From the NCBI GenBank assembly GCA_013334765.1, contig JAAXWW010000002.1, positions 21,453-85,452 on the forward strand: a stretch of DNA of 64,000 nucleotides. The letters run 5' to 3'. The stretch comes from Candidatus Moraniibacteriota bacterium. Its GTDB lineage: Bacteria; Patescibacteriota; Minisyncoccia; Moranbacterales; UBA2206. The translations under genes were made by a program, and so were the position numbers. Shown here in pieces: positions 1-10,269 of the stretch; position 1 is the first letter of the stretch, and each line of letters starts with the position of its first letter. A model generated the notes under the pieces. It ran no database searches and was not told the origin of the DNA. It was given only the letters and a program-made list of their open reading frames with translations.

Positions 1-1
1 C

Positions 2-196
2 CTATCGCTTGATCATGGGATTCTTTCCTATTTATATTCCGAAAGGCTTTGCCGCTTCCATCCGACCTGCAGCCAGTATACGTATGAAGCCGTGGAGCGT
101 TTCGGAATCCTGAAAGGATCATGGCTCGGACTGAGACGCATCATCCGATGCCATCCCTGGAACGACGGGGGATATGATCCGGTTCCGAAAGAATAG
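2..196 (+). CDS. yidD: Membrane protein insertion efficiency factor YidD (5'-partial)
   Basis: Manual frame-2 translation gives ...[48 protein letters not shown], with the YidD CRF.PTCS.Y and RC.P..GG.DPVP motifs. Confidence 0.92.
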   Translation, partial: LSLDHGILSYLYSERLCRFHPTCSQYTYEAVERFGILKGSWLGLRRIIRCHPWNDGGYDPVPKE

Positions 197-260
197 ATCT
201 TTGAATTGAGAATATTCGATCAGAAAGAGGCATTCAACCAACCATAATATGGAGGAGGAG

Positions 261-572
261 ATGAGAAAGACACTGAGGATTTTCCATGTGATGCTGGAAG
301 ACAAAAAAGGAACCTTTGCCGGAGTTCTTTATTGTCACAAGAAGAGGAAGCTCACAAGACTGGAAGAATTTGATACGCGCAAAACCTGTCCTGGCTGCGC
401 GTGCACCTTTCCCCTTATGAGAACGGAAATTTTCTATGTCTCATCTCTCACTCATCTTGCGCGAGTCATTGCCAAGATGTATGACATGGATGGATTGCCA
501 GTTCCCGAAAGATTTATCATGGGATACATCACCAGCCATTTAAAGACTCCCGATAAGGATATGGCGGCATAG
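261..572 (+). CDS. Orphan hypothetical protein with possible Zn-binding Cys motif (YCH...CPGC), ends in -MAA
   Basis: ORF track starts at 249; GGAGG at 251-255 favours the ATG at 261. Confidence 0.65.
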   Translation: MRKTLRIFHVMLEDKKGTFAGVLYCHKKRKLTRLEEFDTRKTCPGCACTFPLMRTEIFYVSSLTHLARVIAKMYDMDGLPVPERFIMGYITSHLKTPDKDMAA

Positions 573-601
573 TTTCCGCGGCCAATCATTATTCAGAAAC
601 C

Positions 602-805
602 ATGGAGGAATGGAAAGTTATGTCGATAGAAGACGGGATAGTGAAGTGCAAGCATCATGTTCCCGGACAATCCCCAGTGGTAACGGGGAAATTTTCCAAA
701 CCGGCTGAACCCGAACCCAAGGAAGAGCAGCCAGACAGATCCAGACATGAAGATTCTGATCGTCAGCCCGGCACAACGCCGTGCCCGTGCATGTATGAAT
801 TCTGA
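602..805 (+). CDS. Small orphan hypothetical protein with C-terminal CPC; start may be 620
   Basis: ORF followed directly by a strong terminator; GGAGG at 604-608. Confidence 0.5.
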   Translation: MEEWKVMSIEDGIVKCKHHVPGQSPVVTGKFSKPAEPEPKEEQPDRSRHEDSDRQPGTTPCPCMYEF

Positions 806-812
806 GGCATCC

Positions 813-865
813 GGCCCGGAACGCAAAATCGCAACAGCGATGACTTGCGTTCCGGGCCTTTTTTA
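813..865 (+). terminator. Intrinsic terminator
   Basis: GGCCCGGAACGCAA...TTGCGTTCCGGGCC stem followed by T7. Confidence 0.85.
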
Positions 866-910
866 TGCTTAAATTCACTCAGCAAATCGTAACTTTTCCA
901 ATAAAAACCT

Positions 911-1969
911 ATGCTTAAAAGACGACGCACGAAAAAAATAAGGATCGGGAATATATTTATCGGCGGAAACGCGCCGATTGTCGTTCAGTCCATGACCAAT
1001 ACCGACACAGCTGACGTGAAAGCCACAGTGAGGCAGATAAAAGCGCTGGAAAAGGCCGGATGCGAGATGATCCGGGTAGCTGTCCCGAATATCGAAGCTG
1101 CCAAGGCTATCGGAAAGATAAAAAAGCAGATCAATATCCCCTTGGTTGCCGATATCCATTTTTCGGCCGAATTGGCAATCGAAGCCATCAATCAGGGAAT
1201 AGACAAACTCAGAATCAATCCTGGAAATATCGGATCCGAAGAAAAAATCAAAGCGGTGGTCGAGGCTGCCAAGAAAAAGAATATCCCAATCCGCATCGGA
1301 GTGAATGCCGGGTCTTTGGAAAAGGACCTGATCGAAAAATACAAAGGCAAAGTGACAGCCAAAGCCATGGTCGAATCCGCCATGCGGCATATCAAGATCC
1401 TTGAAAGGCACAATTTCAAGAACATCCTGATTTCCCTCAAAGCTTCCGACATAGAAAGGACCGTAGAAGCATACAGGCTGTTATCCGAACAAGTGAACTA
1501 TCCTCTGCATATTGGAGTGACGGAAGCCGGCACTTCCTTCCGCGGAACTGTCATGTCATCCATCGGGCTCGGCATCCTTCTTTATGACGGGATAGGGGAC
1601 ACTCTGCGCGTTTCCCTGACGGCCGATCCTATTGAAGAAATGAAAGTAGCATGGGAAATCCTGAAATCACTCGGACTCAGAAAAAGAGGCATAACCGTGA
1701 CCAGCTGCCCGACCTGCGGAAGAACCCAAGTCGATCTCATCGGCCTTGCCAAAAAGGTCGAGGATGCGTTGGTAGGCATCGATAAGGATATTCATGTTGC
1801 TGTCATGGGCTGCGTGGTGAATGGGCCTGGAGAAGCAAGGGAAGCAGACTTGGCGATCATCGGAGGGAAAGGCGTCGGGCTTATCACGAAAAAAGGCGAT
1901 ATCATCAAGCAAGTATCCGAAGACAAACTGATCAAGGAGTTCCTGAAAGAAGTCAGGAAATTCAATTAG
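911..1969 (+). CDS. ispG: HMBPP synthase IspG (MEP pathway)
   Basis: VQSMTNT, ADIHF, RINPGN, CPTCGR, VAVMGCVVNGPGEA motifs. Confidence 0.97.
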   Translation: MLKRRRTKKIRIGNIFIGGNAPIVVQSMTNTDTADVKATVRQIKALEKAGCEMIRVAVPNIEAAKAIGKIKKQINIPLVADIHFSAELAIEAINQGIDKLRINPGNIGSEEKIKAVVEAAKKKNIPIRIGVNAGSLEKDLIEKYKGKVTAKAMVESAMRHIKILERHNFKNILISLKASDIERTVEAYRLLSEQVNYPLHIGVTEAGTSFRGTVMSSIGLGILLYDGIGDTLRVSLTADPIEEMKVAWEILKSLGLRKRGITVTSCPTCGRTQVDLIGLAKKVEDALVGIDKDIHVAVMGCVVNGPGEAREADLAIIGGKGVGLITKKGDIIKQVSEDKLIKEFLKEVRKFN

Positions 1970-2828
1970 CACTGAGCGTTCCTATTTTTTTCATAACTTC
2001 ATCAATTATCCAAGACGGAGTCGAAGCTCCTGCTGAGATTCCGACACTGCTCGCTCCTTCAAACCACCCTAGGTCAATATCAGCCGCTCTTTCTATGAAA
2101 TATGATTTCTGATTCAGGCTTTTCGATATTTCATATAGACGTGTCGAATTGGCGCTGTCGGGAGAACCGATGATTATCATGACGTCATTCTCTTCGGACA
2201 TCTTTCTCGCTTCTGCCTGCCTGTTCTCAGTCGCAAGACATATGGTGTTTTTTATTTCCGCCTGCGGATACCTTTCAACGATTATCCTGGAGGCTTCGTC
2301 GAAAAAATCCTTGTTCTGAGTGGTCTGTGAAATGATGACGATTTTCCTGTCAGGATCAAGATCAAGACGAGAGAGATCATCGCGATCAGAAACCAGAATA
2401 CCTCTTTTCCCTCCGCATTCGAAAATGCCCTTGACCTCCTTGTGATTCTTGTCGCCGATAATGACGACTTGCGAACCGTTCTTCGAATGAAGGGAGGACA
2501 GATTCTGTACCTGGACCACTTTCGGACAAGTGGTGTCGATTATGGCGATGCCCCTTTCTTCGGCCAGCGAATAGATATCCGGGCCGACTCCGTGAGCGGA
2601 AACTATCAATGTCCCGATGTTGCCATACTGCCCGCTTATGAAATCGTCAGGGCTTATTTTCCTGATTCCTTTTTCTTCTATTTTCCTCATCACGTCGTCA
2701 TTGTGCACGAGGGAGCCTAATATGAAAATAGGAGCGGCGGTCTTCGACATATCCAAGCCAGCCACCATGTCATAGGCGCGCTTGACTCCTCCGCAAAAAC
2801 CGGCGAAGCGGCTCAGGGTTATTTCCAT
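1962..2828 (-). CDS. isph: HMBPP reductase IspH/LytB
   Basis: AGFCGGVKRA, LVHN, SAHG, DTTCPKV, QTT, TICLAT, SANS, AGASTP motifs; start taken at MEITL (ORF track starts at 2855). Confidence 0.95.
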   Translation of the reverse strand: MEITLSRFAGFCGGVKRAYDMVAGLDMSKTAAPIFILGSLVHNDDVMRKIEEKGIRKISPDDFISGQYGNIGTLIVSAHGVGPDIYSLAEERGIAIIDTTCPKVVQVQNLSSLHSKNGSQVVIIGDKNHKEVKGIFECGGKRGILVSDRDDLSRLDLDPDRKIVIISQTTQNKDFFDEASRIIVERYPQAEIKNTICLATENRQAEARKMSEENDVMIIIGSPDSANSTRLYEISKSLNQKSYFIERAADIDLGWFEGASSVGISAGASTPSWIIDEVMKKIGTLSAN

Positions 2829-2911
2829 AGCGATCAAGTTAGGTTTTTTATCCACTCAAATATCTCACAAACCAGGCTAAAAATCAAACGAGGGCGCGCT
2901 TCAGGCATTCG

Positions 2912-2940
2912 TTGCCAAACGGGAGAATTGCTGGTATAAT
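2912..2940 (+). promoter_or_regulatory. Sigma70 promoter of obgE
   Basis: TTGCCA-17 bp-TATAAT with an extended TG. Confidence 0.75.
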
Positions 2941-3001
2941 CATACGGATGCAGGATTTCCTGCCCATGCTAGCGACCTAACAACCCTAACGGCAAAACAT
3001 A

Positions 3002-3967
3002 ATGTTCACAGATGAAGCCAGAATAAGAATCTCAGCGGGACGCGGCGGAAACGGAGTCGTGGCTTTCGACAAGATAAAGATGAGCCTCGGACCGACCGGC
3101 GGATGCGGAGGAGATGGAGGGGATATCTATTTCGAAGGCGTAACGAACCTCTCGGCACTCAACAAATACCGCCACAAGAGAGACTACTATGCCAGCGACG
3201 GCAGCAACGGGAAATCGGACAAATCGGACGGCATAAGTGGGAAAGACTTCATCCTGACAGTTCCTATCGGATCCGTTATTCACAACCTCGACACTAAGAA
3301 AGATATCGATATCAAGGAAGCAGGACAAAGGATTCTTGTCGCGAAAGGCGGCAAAGGAGGAAGAGGCAATTTCTATTTCCGATCTTCGACAAACACTTCC
3401 CCTCAAGAGAAAGAGGAAGGGAAGCCAGGCCAGGAGTTCAATCTCTTCATTGAGTTGAGACTGATAGCGAGCATCGGGCTTGTCGGCCTTCCAAGCGCCG
3501 GAAAATCCAGCCTGCTCAATGAGCTGACTGCCACTGACGTCAAAGTCGGCGCCTATCACTTCACCACTCTTGAACCTAATCTCGGCTCAATGGACGGAAC
3601 CATCATCGCAGACATCCCGGGACTTATCGAAGGGGCTTCCGAAGGAAAGGGACTCGGAATGAAATTCCTGCGCCATATCCAAAGAACCAAGGTGCTGGCT
3701 CACTGCATAAGCTCCGAAGCGGAAAATCCCGAAGAAGATTATCGTATAATCCGAGGAGAGTTGGAGAAATTCAATCCTGATCTGATCAAGAAGAAGGAAA
3801 TCATCATCCTAACCAAGACCGATCTTCTGGATGAGGAATCACTGAAGGGAAAAACCAAGGAACTCAAGAGCATAAATCCCGACATGATAGCCGTTTCCAT
3901 ACATGACTTCGACGCCATAGAAAGGCTCAAAAGCTATCTCGTCGAGGAACTCGCCCGGGTTGAATAG
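3002..3967 (+). CDS. obgE: GTPase ObgE/CgtA (short form without the C-terminal domain)
   Basis: MFTDEA start, Gly-rich Obg fold, GLPSAGKS, FTTLEPNLG, DIPGLIEGAS.GKGLG. Confidence 0.95.
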   Translation: MFTDEARIRISAGRGGNGVVAFDKIKMSLGPTGGCGGDGGDIYFEGVTNLSALNKYRHKRDYYASDGSNGKSDKSDGISGKDFILTVPIGSVIHNLDTKKDIDIKEAGQRILVAKGGKGGRGNFYFRSSTNTSPQEKEEGKPGQEFNLFIELRLIASIGLVGLPSAGKSSLLNELTATDVKVGAYHFTTLEPNLGSMDGTIIADIPGLIEGASEGKGLGMKFLRHIQRTKVLAHCISSEAENPEEDYRIIRGELEKFNPDLIKKKEIIILTKTDLLDEESLKGKTKELKSINPDMIAVSIHDFDAIERLKSYLVEELARVE

Positions 3968-4012
3968 GCAATCGGGGATATGCTATAATCCAAAAAAGAT
4001 AAGCATAAAAAA

Positions 4013-4213
4013 ATGGAAAAAAATTACGTACTCCTGTTGATAGCCGTTTCTGTCTGGACTATCCCTTGGAAGGGAATAGCCCTCTGGCGGGCAGCTAAGA
4101 ACAACGACCGGGCATGGTTCCTTGCCATTCTCATCCTGAATACCCTCGCCATTTTGGAAATACTCTATATTTTCGTCTTTTTCCGCAAAAATCGGAACGG
4201 GCGCCTAGACTAG
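4013..4213 (+). CDS. Small membrane protein (DUF5652-like)
   Basis: WKGIALWRAAKN..WF..ILNTLAILEILY pattern. Confidence 0.75.
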   Translation: MEKNYVLLLIAVSVWTIPWKGIALWRAAKNNDRAWFLAILILNTLAILEILYIFVFFRKNRNGRLD

Positions 4214-4222
4214 AGCAAGCTC

Positions 4223-4915
4223 ATGTACTGGATATTCCTCGTCTTATTCATAACAGCGGTTCTTGTTCCTGACCTCATAAGAGGCCAGGTCTATTTCATT
4301 ACCGAAGAACGCGCTGAAGAAATCCTCATTTTCGTTCTAGGCATGATAGCTTTTCTGACGTTCATTAATAACGAACGGAAAATCGCCCATCAGAAGAAGG
4401 AAAAGGAAAAAGCAGAGAAAAAGATAGATCAGACAGTCAAGGATCTTGTCGACTCATACAGCTATATCGGAGAGGTCAACAGGAAAATGGATATCCTTAT
4501 GGGAGTGGCGCTGGGACTATCCGACCGTTCCGCGCTCGACAGGAAAAAGGAAAACGAGATATACCTTTCCATCCTCAATGCGGCAACATTCCTTCTCAAG
4601 GCCGAGAGTGTGATGCTTCGCTTCGTCAATATCAAGACAGGTCGCACGGAAAAAGAAATCAAGCTGCCCGAAACGGGAAAAATGACAGTTTCCAATAAGG
4701 TATTGGTTGGGATAGAAGAGAATATGAACCTGAAAAAGCAAAATGACTCGATCATCATCTCCTCTTCGCAGAAGATAAGCGACATCAAAAGCTTCCTTGT
4801 CGCGCACGATTATGATGAGAACGAAGAGAACAAGCCCAAGAACATAGAGATACTGAAACTGTTCGCTTCGCAAGCCATATTCCTGCATTCATACATGAGC
4901 AAATCCGATAAATAA
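4223..4915 (+). CDS. Hypothetical membrane protein (2 TM, coiled coil, possible GAF-like domain)
   Basis: 230 aa ORF in operon position; hydrophobic N-terminus; YSYIGEVNRK coiled segment. Confidence 0.75.
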   Translation: MYWIFLVLFITAVLVPDLIRGQVYFITEERAEEILIFVLGMIAFLTFINNERKIAHQKKEKEKAEKKIDQTVKDLVDSYSYIGEVNRKMDILMGVALGLSDRSALDRKKENEIYLSILNAATFLLKAESVMLRFVNIKTGRTEKEIKLPETGKMTVSNKVLVGIEENMNLKKQNDSIIISSSQKISDIKSFLVAHDYDENEENKPKNIEILKLFASQAIFLHSYMSKSDK

Positions 4916-4934
4916 TTTTTAACCACATACACCT

Positions 4935-5210
4935 ATGAAAAAAGAGAACATCAAGCCGATCGGTCAGAACGTATTGGTGATGCCGCTTAAGGCTGAAAAG
5001 AAAACCAGTTCTGGAATCGTCCTCCCGGAAACTGCATCCGCGGAACGCTCGCAGGAAGGAAAGGTTATCGCAATAGGGGATAGCGAAAAGATAAAAGTGA
5101 AGAAAGGACAGACGATAATCTTTGCCAAATATTCAGGTTCTGAAATAAAAGCCGACAAAGACGAATGCATCCTCATAAAGGCCGAGGACATATTGGCCAT
5201 AGTCGAATAA
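4935..5210 (+). CDS. groES: Co-chaperonin GroES
   Basis: IKPIG..VLV, KTSSGIVLPETA, KYSGSEIK, EDILAIVE. Confidence 0.95.
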   Translation: MKKENIKPIGQNVLVMPLKAEKKTSSGIVLPETASAERSQEGKVIAIGDSEKIKVKKGQTIIFAKYSGSEIKADKDECILIKAEDILAIVE

Positions 5211-5229
5211 CGTTTCTCTTTGAGCAATA

Positions 5230-5270
5230 AAGAAAGACCGGTTTCCATTTTCAGGAACCGGTCTTTTTCT
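5230..5270. terminator. Bidirectional terminator between convergent genes
   Basis: AAAGACCGGTT...AACCGGTCTTT with A and T tails. Confidence 0.75.
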
Positions 5271-5286
5271 AAGATATTCCGATATG

Positions 5287-6126
5287 CTATTTGACAGTCT
5301 CGTATCCTTTCTGCTTCCAGACATTAAGCCCCTCTGCCAATGAATATGCATTGATAACGCCCAGATCGTTAAGGCGCACCGCCGCTTTGTACGCGGCAAG
5401 GCTATCGGAATCATAAACGACTATCTTCCTGCCAAGAGGAATCTGCCTCCTTTTGGACTCCAAATCATCGGCGGTTATGTTGATCGCTCCCTTCAGATGC
5501 TCAAGAGCGAATTCCTGATTGCTCCGCACGTCAATAAGAAGAAGGTTCGGATTAGTCGCCATCCAAGCCTTCAGATCGTCAGCTTTGACATAGCTGACTT
5601 TGGCTTGATCGGAAAAGGACATCGGATCGCCGTCGTTTATGGTGGGGTTCATGCCGTTTTTCCAGGCAGAAAAACCTCCGTCGAGAAAGGAAAGATTGCC
5701 GACACCATTGTCCGAAGCAAGCGAAGCTATCTCTCCGATATTCTGAAGATCTCCGGAAGCGTCGACCACGACATAATATTTCTTGCTGTCGAGAGACGGA
5801 ATGAAAGAAGCGAAACTCTCGATCGGGATGTTCTTCGAGTCTATGATATGCTCGGACCTGAAATCGTCCGGATTCCTAAGATCGATGACGACCAGGTTCC
5901 TATCGCTGATCAGCTTGGACCTGAGGCTGTCCAGGCTTATTTTCCCTATTTTCGAAAGGTCGATATCCTTGGCTTTGATTCCATCAGCAGGACCATTTCC
6001 AGTTTTCGAATTGCCGGCATCGAAATGCGCTTTCACGAAAAATATCCCGACAACGAGGACGATTAAGGCGAAACCGACCAGAATAACCTGGACGTTGTCT
6101 TTTTTCTGATTGAGAGTTTTCTGCAT
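5287..6126 (-). CDS. Membrane-anchored tandem rhodanese-like domain protein
   Basis: Two IDxR...F..EHI/L..(G)A.NI repeats, L.GG..AW motif, N-terminal TM. Confidence 0.85.
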   Translation of the reverse strand: MQKTLNQKKDNVQVILVGFALIVLVVGIFFVKAHFDAGNSKTGNGPADGIKAKDIDLSKIGKISLDSLRSKLISDRNLVVIDLRNPDDFRSEHIIDSKNIPIESFASFIPSLDSKKYYVVVDASGDLQNIGEIASLASDNGVGNLSFLDGGFSAWKNGMNPTINDGDPMSFSDQAKVSYVKADDLKAWMATNPNLLLIDVRSNQEFALEHLKGAINITADDLESKRRQIPLGRKIVVYDSDSLAAYKAAVRLNDLGVINAYSLAEGLNVWKQKGYETVK

Positions 6127-6127
6127 T

Positions 6128-7096
6128 TTATTTTAAGACGCTTCCCAGAAAGCCGGGATTGCCGTTTATGAAATCGCTTATACTGACTTTGTTTTTCCCT
6201 TCCAATTGGACTCCTTCCAGTATGATCGCTCCTTTTCCGGCTTTGACCGTGATTTTTCCGCTGTCAGTCATTATGGCTTCGCCTTCGAAATGCATATCCC
6301 CGAAATCAATATCGCTCAAGGATATGCTGTTGAGTTTCAGCCGCATATTCGTTCCGTTCCTTTCCCAAAAGGTGAATATTCCCGGCCAGGGACAAAGAGC
6401 CCTGAATCGGTCATAAATGGATCCCGCGTCCTCGGACCAAATCACATGCCCGTCGCTTCTTTCAATGAGCTGGCAAAGGGTAGCCTTGGAACTGTCCTGA
6501 GGATGGGACTCGATTTTCCTTTCCACCCAGAGCGGAAGGGTTTTCAAAAGCAATTCCGATGAAACAGCAGAAAGCCTCAGGAGCAGCTCCGGATATGTCT
6601 CATCGCTTCCTATTGCAATCTCTTCTTGTGCGATGATTTCTCCCGTATCAACGCCTTTATCCATCAGCATTATGGTTGTTCCGGTCGTTGTTTCTCCATT
6701 CAGGATGGCATTCTGAACAGGCGATGGACCGCGATATTTCGGCAGCAGGGACGGATGGATATTTATCGCTCCGAAGCCCGGAAGGCTCAGCACGGCTTCA
6801 GGCAGGATCTTTCCGTAGGCAGCGACAATGAGAAGGTCTGGCTGCTGCTGCTCAAGCTCTTTTATTGCCGCATCGTCGAATTTCTTCGGATCAAGCACCT
6901 TTATCCCATTTTTTTCTGCAAGCGCTTTGACCGAAATATCATGCGCCTCCTTTTTCTTTTCAGGCTCCTTGCCGATATTCGTGTATACGGAAACTATGTT
7001 GTATTTCTCCTGGATAAGGCGATCAAGGATGATTGCGGCGAAAGAAGAAGTGCCCATAAAAACAGTCCTGAGACCGATGGCTTTTTTTGTCTGCAT
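6128..7096 (-). CDS. fmt: Methionyl-tRNA formyltransferase
   Basis: VFMGT, AAYGKIL, NIHPSLLPKYRGPSP, DTG. Confidence 0.96.
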   Translation of the reverse strand: MQTKKAIGLRTVFMGTSSFAAIILDRLIQEKYNIVSVYTNIGKEPEKKKEAHDISVKALAEKNGIKVLDPKKFDDAAIKELEQQQPDLLIVAAYGKILPEAVLSLPGFGAINIHPSLLPKYRGPSPVQNAILNGETTTGTTIMLMDKGVDTGEIIAQEEIAIGSDETYPELLLRLSAVSSELLLKTLPLWVERKIESHPQDSSKATLCQLIERSDGHVIWSEDAGSIYDRFRALCPWPGIFTFWERNGTNMRLKLNSISLSDIDFGDMHFEGEAIMTDSGKITVKAGKGAIILEGVQLEGKNKVSISDFINGNPGFLGSVLK

Positions 7097-7140
7097 AATT
7101 CGGATGTATTTATTCGGATTATCTATTTTTATTTTTCCGG

Positions 7141-7578
7141 CTATTTCCTGTCTATGAAAAGCGTCCCGTCCAAGTGGTCGATTTCGTGCTGAAGAGCTCT
7201 CGCCAACATCCCTTCGGCTTCTATTTCGATTTTATCTCCCTCTTTCGTTTCAGCGTGCACTTTGACCTTCTTGGATCTTTTGATCGGTATGAACTCTCCA
7301 GGGAAAGACAGGCATCCCTCTTCCATGACTTCCTTCCTGAGCGATTTGGAGACTATTTTCGGATTTATCAATATGAAAGTCTTCCTTTCCATTTTAATGA
7401 CGCAGAGACGCAGGTTTTCCCCGACTTGCGGAGCCGCGAGACCTAGACCGTTATTGGCTTCCAGCGTATCGAGCATGTCGAAGATGAGCTTCTTGATCTT
7501 GGGATCAGTTGGGTCTTTTATCTTCTTGTTCTTTTTCCGGAGTATCGGATCCGGATAGGTGATTATGGGCAAATCCAT
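7141..7578 (-). CDS. def: Peptide deformylase
   Basis: GLGLAAPQ, EGCLS, HEIDHLDG; an alternative start at 7611 overlaps the priA stop. Confidence 0.96.
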   Translation of the reverse strand: MDLPIITYPDPILRKKNKKIKDPTDPKIKKLIFDMLDTLEANNGLGLAAPQVGENLRLCVIKMERKTFILINPKIVSKSLRKEVMEEGCLSFPGEFIPIKRSKKVKVHAETKEGDKIEIEAEGMLARALQHEIDHLDGTLFIDRK

Positions 7579-7610
7579 TAATTTATTGTTCGGCTTGTTA
7601 TTTCCTGCCA

Positions 7611-9635
7611 TCAGATTACGGATATCGGATCGACATCGATGATCCATCCTGCCGGAAGCCATTGCAATGCCTTCCTGAGAGCATCGGGCATCTCTTTTTC
7701 GAATCTGACGATTATCTGACTCCTGAATCGTCCGCGCACTTTAGGAACGAAACTTTCTTGAGACTCGGAAACTTTTATACCATCGATTCCTAGGAGGACC
7801 TCAGCAATTCTTTTCGCTTCGGCATCAGCCTTGTCTTTTCTGAAATCTTGGAAAACCAGCTTGATGAGGCGACCGAACGGAGGAAGGGCAAGCGCCTTCC
7901 TTTCCTTGAATTCCTTTTCATAGAAAGAATCCGGATCCTTTTTCGCTATCAGCTTGAGCAGCCTGTTTTCAGGATGATATGTCTGGATGATCACGCGTCC
8001 CGGATATTTGGCTCCCGGTCGCGAGGTGCGGCCAGCCACCTGCATAAGCAGGTCAAAAGCCCGTTCTTCTGCCGAAAAATCAGGCAATGTCAGCATATTG
8101 TCTGCGTCTATGATACCAATTAAAGCGACATTCGGCAAATCCCAGCCCTTGGAAATCATCTGGGTCCCGATGAGGATATCCGCCTCATGATCCGAAAATT
8201 TCCGATAGGCCTCTTCATGGGCATCCTTCCCCTTGAGCTCTTGGCTATCCGCCCGCATGACGCGAGCTCCTGGAAAGAATTCCTTGATTTCCTTTTCCAC
8301 CTTCTGAGTCCCGAGCCCTACGTTCTTGAAAACGATGCCCTTGCACTTCGCGCACTTCGGAGTGATGGAGGTCCTGAAGCTGCAATGCAAGCATCTATAT
8401 TCTCCTGAATTTTCATATACCAGCGCCCGATCGCATTTGGGACATTTGAGAACCGTCTTGCAGGCAGCGCAGACCGAGAAGTTGCTCATTCCCTGGCGAT
8501 TGATGAAAAGGATCGCCTGCAAGCCGTATTTGAGGGCATAGGAGATTTCGGATCTCAATTTTTTGGAAATCGAAGAGAATACCGGCTGTTGCTGCCTTTG
8601 ACTGCCATATGATCTGTTCTGCCATCTTTCACGGCGCATATCGACCAGTTCCATGGTCGTTTTCACCGCTTCCGATCTGCTATTGGGTATTTCAAGATCG
8701 GGGATGACCAGCAATCCGCTTTTTCCATTCCTGGCTGAATGATATGAGACGACGCTCGGAGTCGCCGAACCGGAAACTATCTGGCAGTCATGGATGCGGG
8801 CGATTTCCAAGGCGGCAGTCCTGGCATCATAGCGCGGATTCATGTCCCACTGCTTGAAGGAAATATCCTGCTCTTCATCGATCACGACCAGCCTGAGATT
8901 CCCGAACGGAGCGAACACTGCCATCCGGGTCCCGATGATTATCTTCGCTTCGCCCGATCTTATGCGCTTCCAGTTGTCATAGAATTTCCCTTTGGAAATA
9001 TTGCTGCTCAAGACGACAATCTCATCTGAATCGAAATATGCCCCATAGCGCTCCAATGCCTGCGGGGTCAATGTTTTTTCCGGCAGGAGAATCAGGAACT
9101 GACCATCCTTGTACTGCTTTTTTAATTCAAGGATGGAATGGATATATACCTCGGTTTTCCCGGAACCTGAGGACCCGAAAAGCAGATATGCGGCATGTCC
9201 CTTTTTCCTGTCCGATATTTCCGACACGGCAGAGTGCTGTTCCTTGGTGAGTTCTATTCCTAGCTTGCTGATCTGCGAAGCAGCTTTCTTTTTTTCTTTC
9301 AGGCTCCTCTTCATTATTTTCGGCACGAAATTCTTCATGACGATTCCAAGAGGGGAGATATAGTATTCGGAAATGAATCGCGCCAATTCCATCTGCTCCG
9401 CCGTCAGAAAATCCTTTTCGATGACATTCCCTATCCTCTTGAGTTCCATCCCGCCAGTCCGTTCGAAATCAGCCGCGCTGTCGATGACGATTCCTTCGAT
9501 CTTCCTTCCAGAGAAGGGAATACTGACCAATGTCCCAGGCGATAGCTTCTCATTGCCCAAGTAATAGAAAAACTGATCGCGCATGAGCGATATCCTAATA
9601 AGCGGAACGACGGAGATGATGAATTTGTCAGGCAT
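7611..9635 (-). CDS. priA: Primosomal protein N' (replication restart helicase)
   Basis: GSGKTEVY, DEEQ, SATPS, four CxxC pairs, GTQMISKG. Confidence 0.96.
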   Translation of the reverse strand: MPDKFIISVVPLIRISLMRDQFFYYLGNEKLSPGTLVSIPFSGRKIEGIVIDSAADFERTGGMELKRIGNVIEKDFLTAEQMELARFISEYYISPLGIVMKNFVPKIMKRSLKEKKKAASQISKLGIELTKEQHSAVSEISDRKKGHAAYLLFGSSGSGKTEVYIHSILELKKQYKDGQFLILLPEKTLTPQALERYGAYFDSDEIVVLSSNISKGKFYDNWKRIRSGEAKIIIGTRMAVFAPFGNLRLVVIDEEQDISFKQWDMNPRYDARTAALEIARIHDCQIVSGSATPSVVSYHSARNGKSGLLVIPDLEIPNSRSEAVKTTMELVDMRRERWQNRSYGSQRQQQPVFSSISKKLRSEISYALKYGLQAILFINRQGMSNFSVCAACKTVLKCPKCDRALVYENSGEYRCLHCSFRTSITPKCAKCKGIVFKNVGLGTQKVEKEIKEFFPGARVMRADSQELKGKDAHEEAYRKFSDHEADILIGTQMISKGWDLPNVALIGIIDADNMLTLPDFSAEERAFDLLMQVAGRTSRPGAKYPGRVIIQTYHPENRLLKLIAKKDPDSFYEKEFKERKALALPPFGRLIKLVFQDFRKDKADAEAKRIAEVLLGIDGIKVSESQESFVPKVRGRFRSQIIVRFEKEMPDALRKALQWLPAGWIIDVDPISVI

Positions 9636-9722
9636 ACCATCATTTTACTACAGAAAACCATCCCGAGCTAAGACCACCATCCGCAATTGCCAAAGAGCTT
9701 ATTCTAAGCTAAACTGCAAGAT

Positions 9723-10265
9723 ATGAAAAGAAAAATATTCCTAAGCATCAATATCCCGCTGGCAGTCCAGAGAAGGATCGCATCAAGAGCCGAGAAATGG
9801 CGCGATTTGCCCGTCAAATGGACAAAAGAGGCCAATATGCATGTATCCTTGTTTTCGCTCGGCCACATCGAAACGGAACTGCTTCCGGAAATATGCGAAA
9901 AAGTCCGCGAGGCAATAGACGAAAACGAGATATTCGATTTGGAATTCGAGAGCCTGGAATCGGTTCCGGAAGGAGAAGCGCCGCAGCGCATACAGCTTTC
10001 CGGGAAAGCGAGCGAGGGGCTCAAAGATCTTCATGAAAGAATAGAAAAATCGCTCGGAATATTCTCGGCACCCAAAAAAGCCTTCAAGCCGCACATCGTC
10101 GTCGGCAGGATCCGCAGCAACAAATGGGAAGAGCTTGCAGAAAAACCGGAGATCAAAGAGAAGTTCTCTCTCAATGTTTCCGTCGAATCGGTCGATGTCA
10201 TGGCGAGCGACTTCGGAGAAGGGGAGTCGGAATATGCGTTGATAGAATCTTGCCCGTTGAAATAA
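9723..10265 (+). CDS. thpR: 2H phosphoesterase (RNA 2',3'-cyclic phosphodiesterase, ThpR/LigT-like)
   Basis: KW....MHVSL and FKPHIVVGR 2H motifs. Confidence 0.8.
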   Translation: MKRKIFLSINIPLAVQRRIASRAEKWRDLPVKWTKEANMHVSLFSLGHIETELLPEICEKVREAIDENEIFDLEFESLESVPEGEAPQRIQLSGKASEGLKDLHERIEKSLGIFSAPKKAFKPHIVVGRIRSNKWEELAEKPEIKEKFSLNVSVESVDVMASDFGEGESEYALIESCPLK

Positions 10266-10269
10266 GCCC

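Noticed and set aside
4935-5210. groES without groEL as a novelty
   Set aside because: Split groES/groEL arrangements are known, and groEL may lie outside the window
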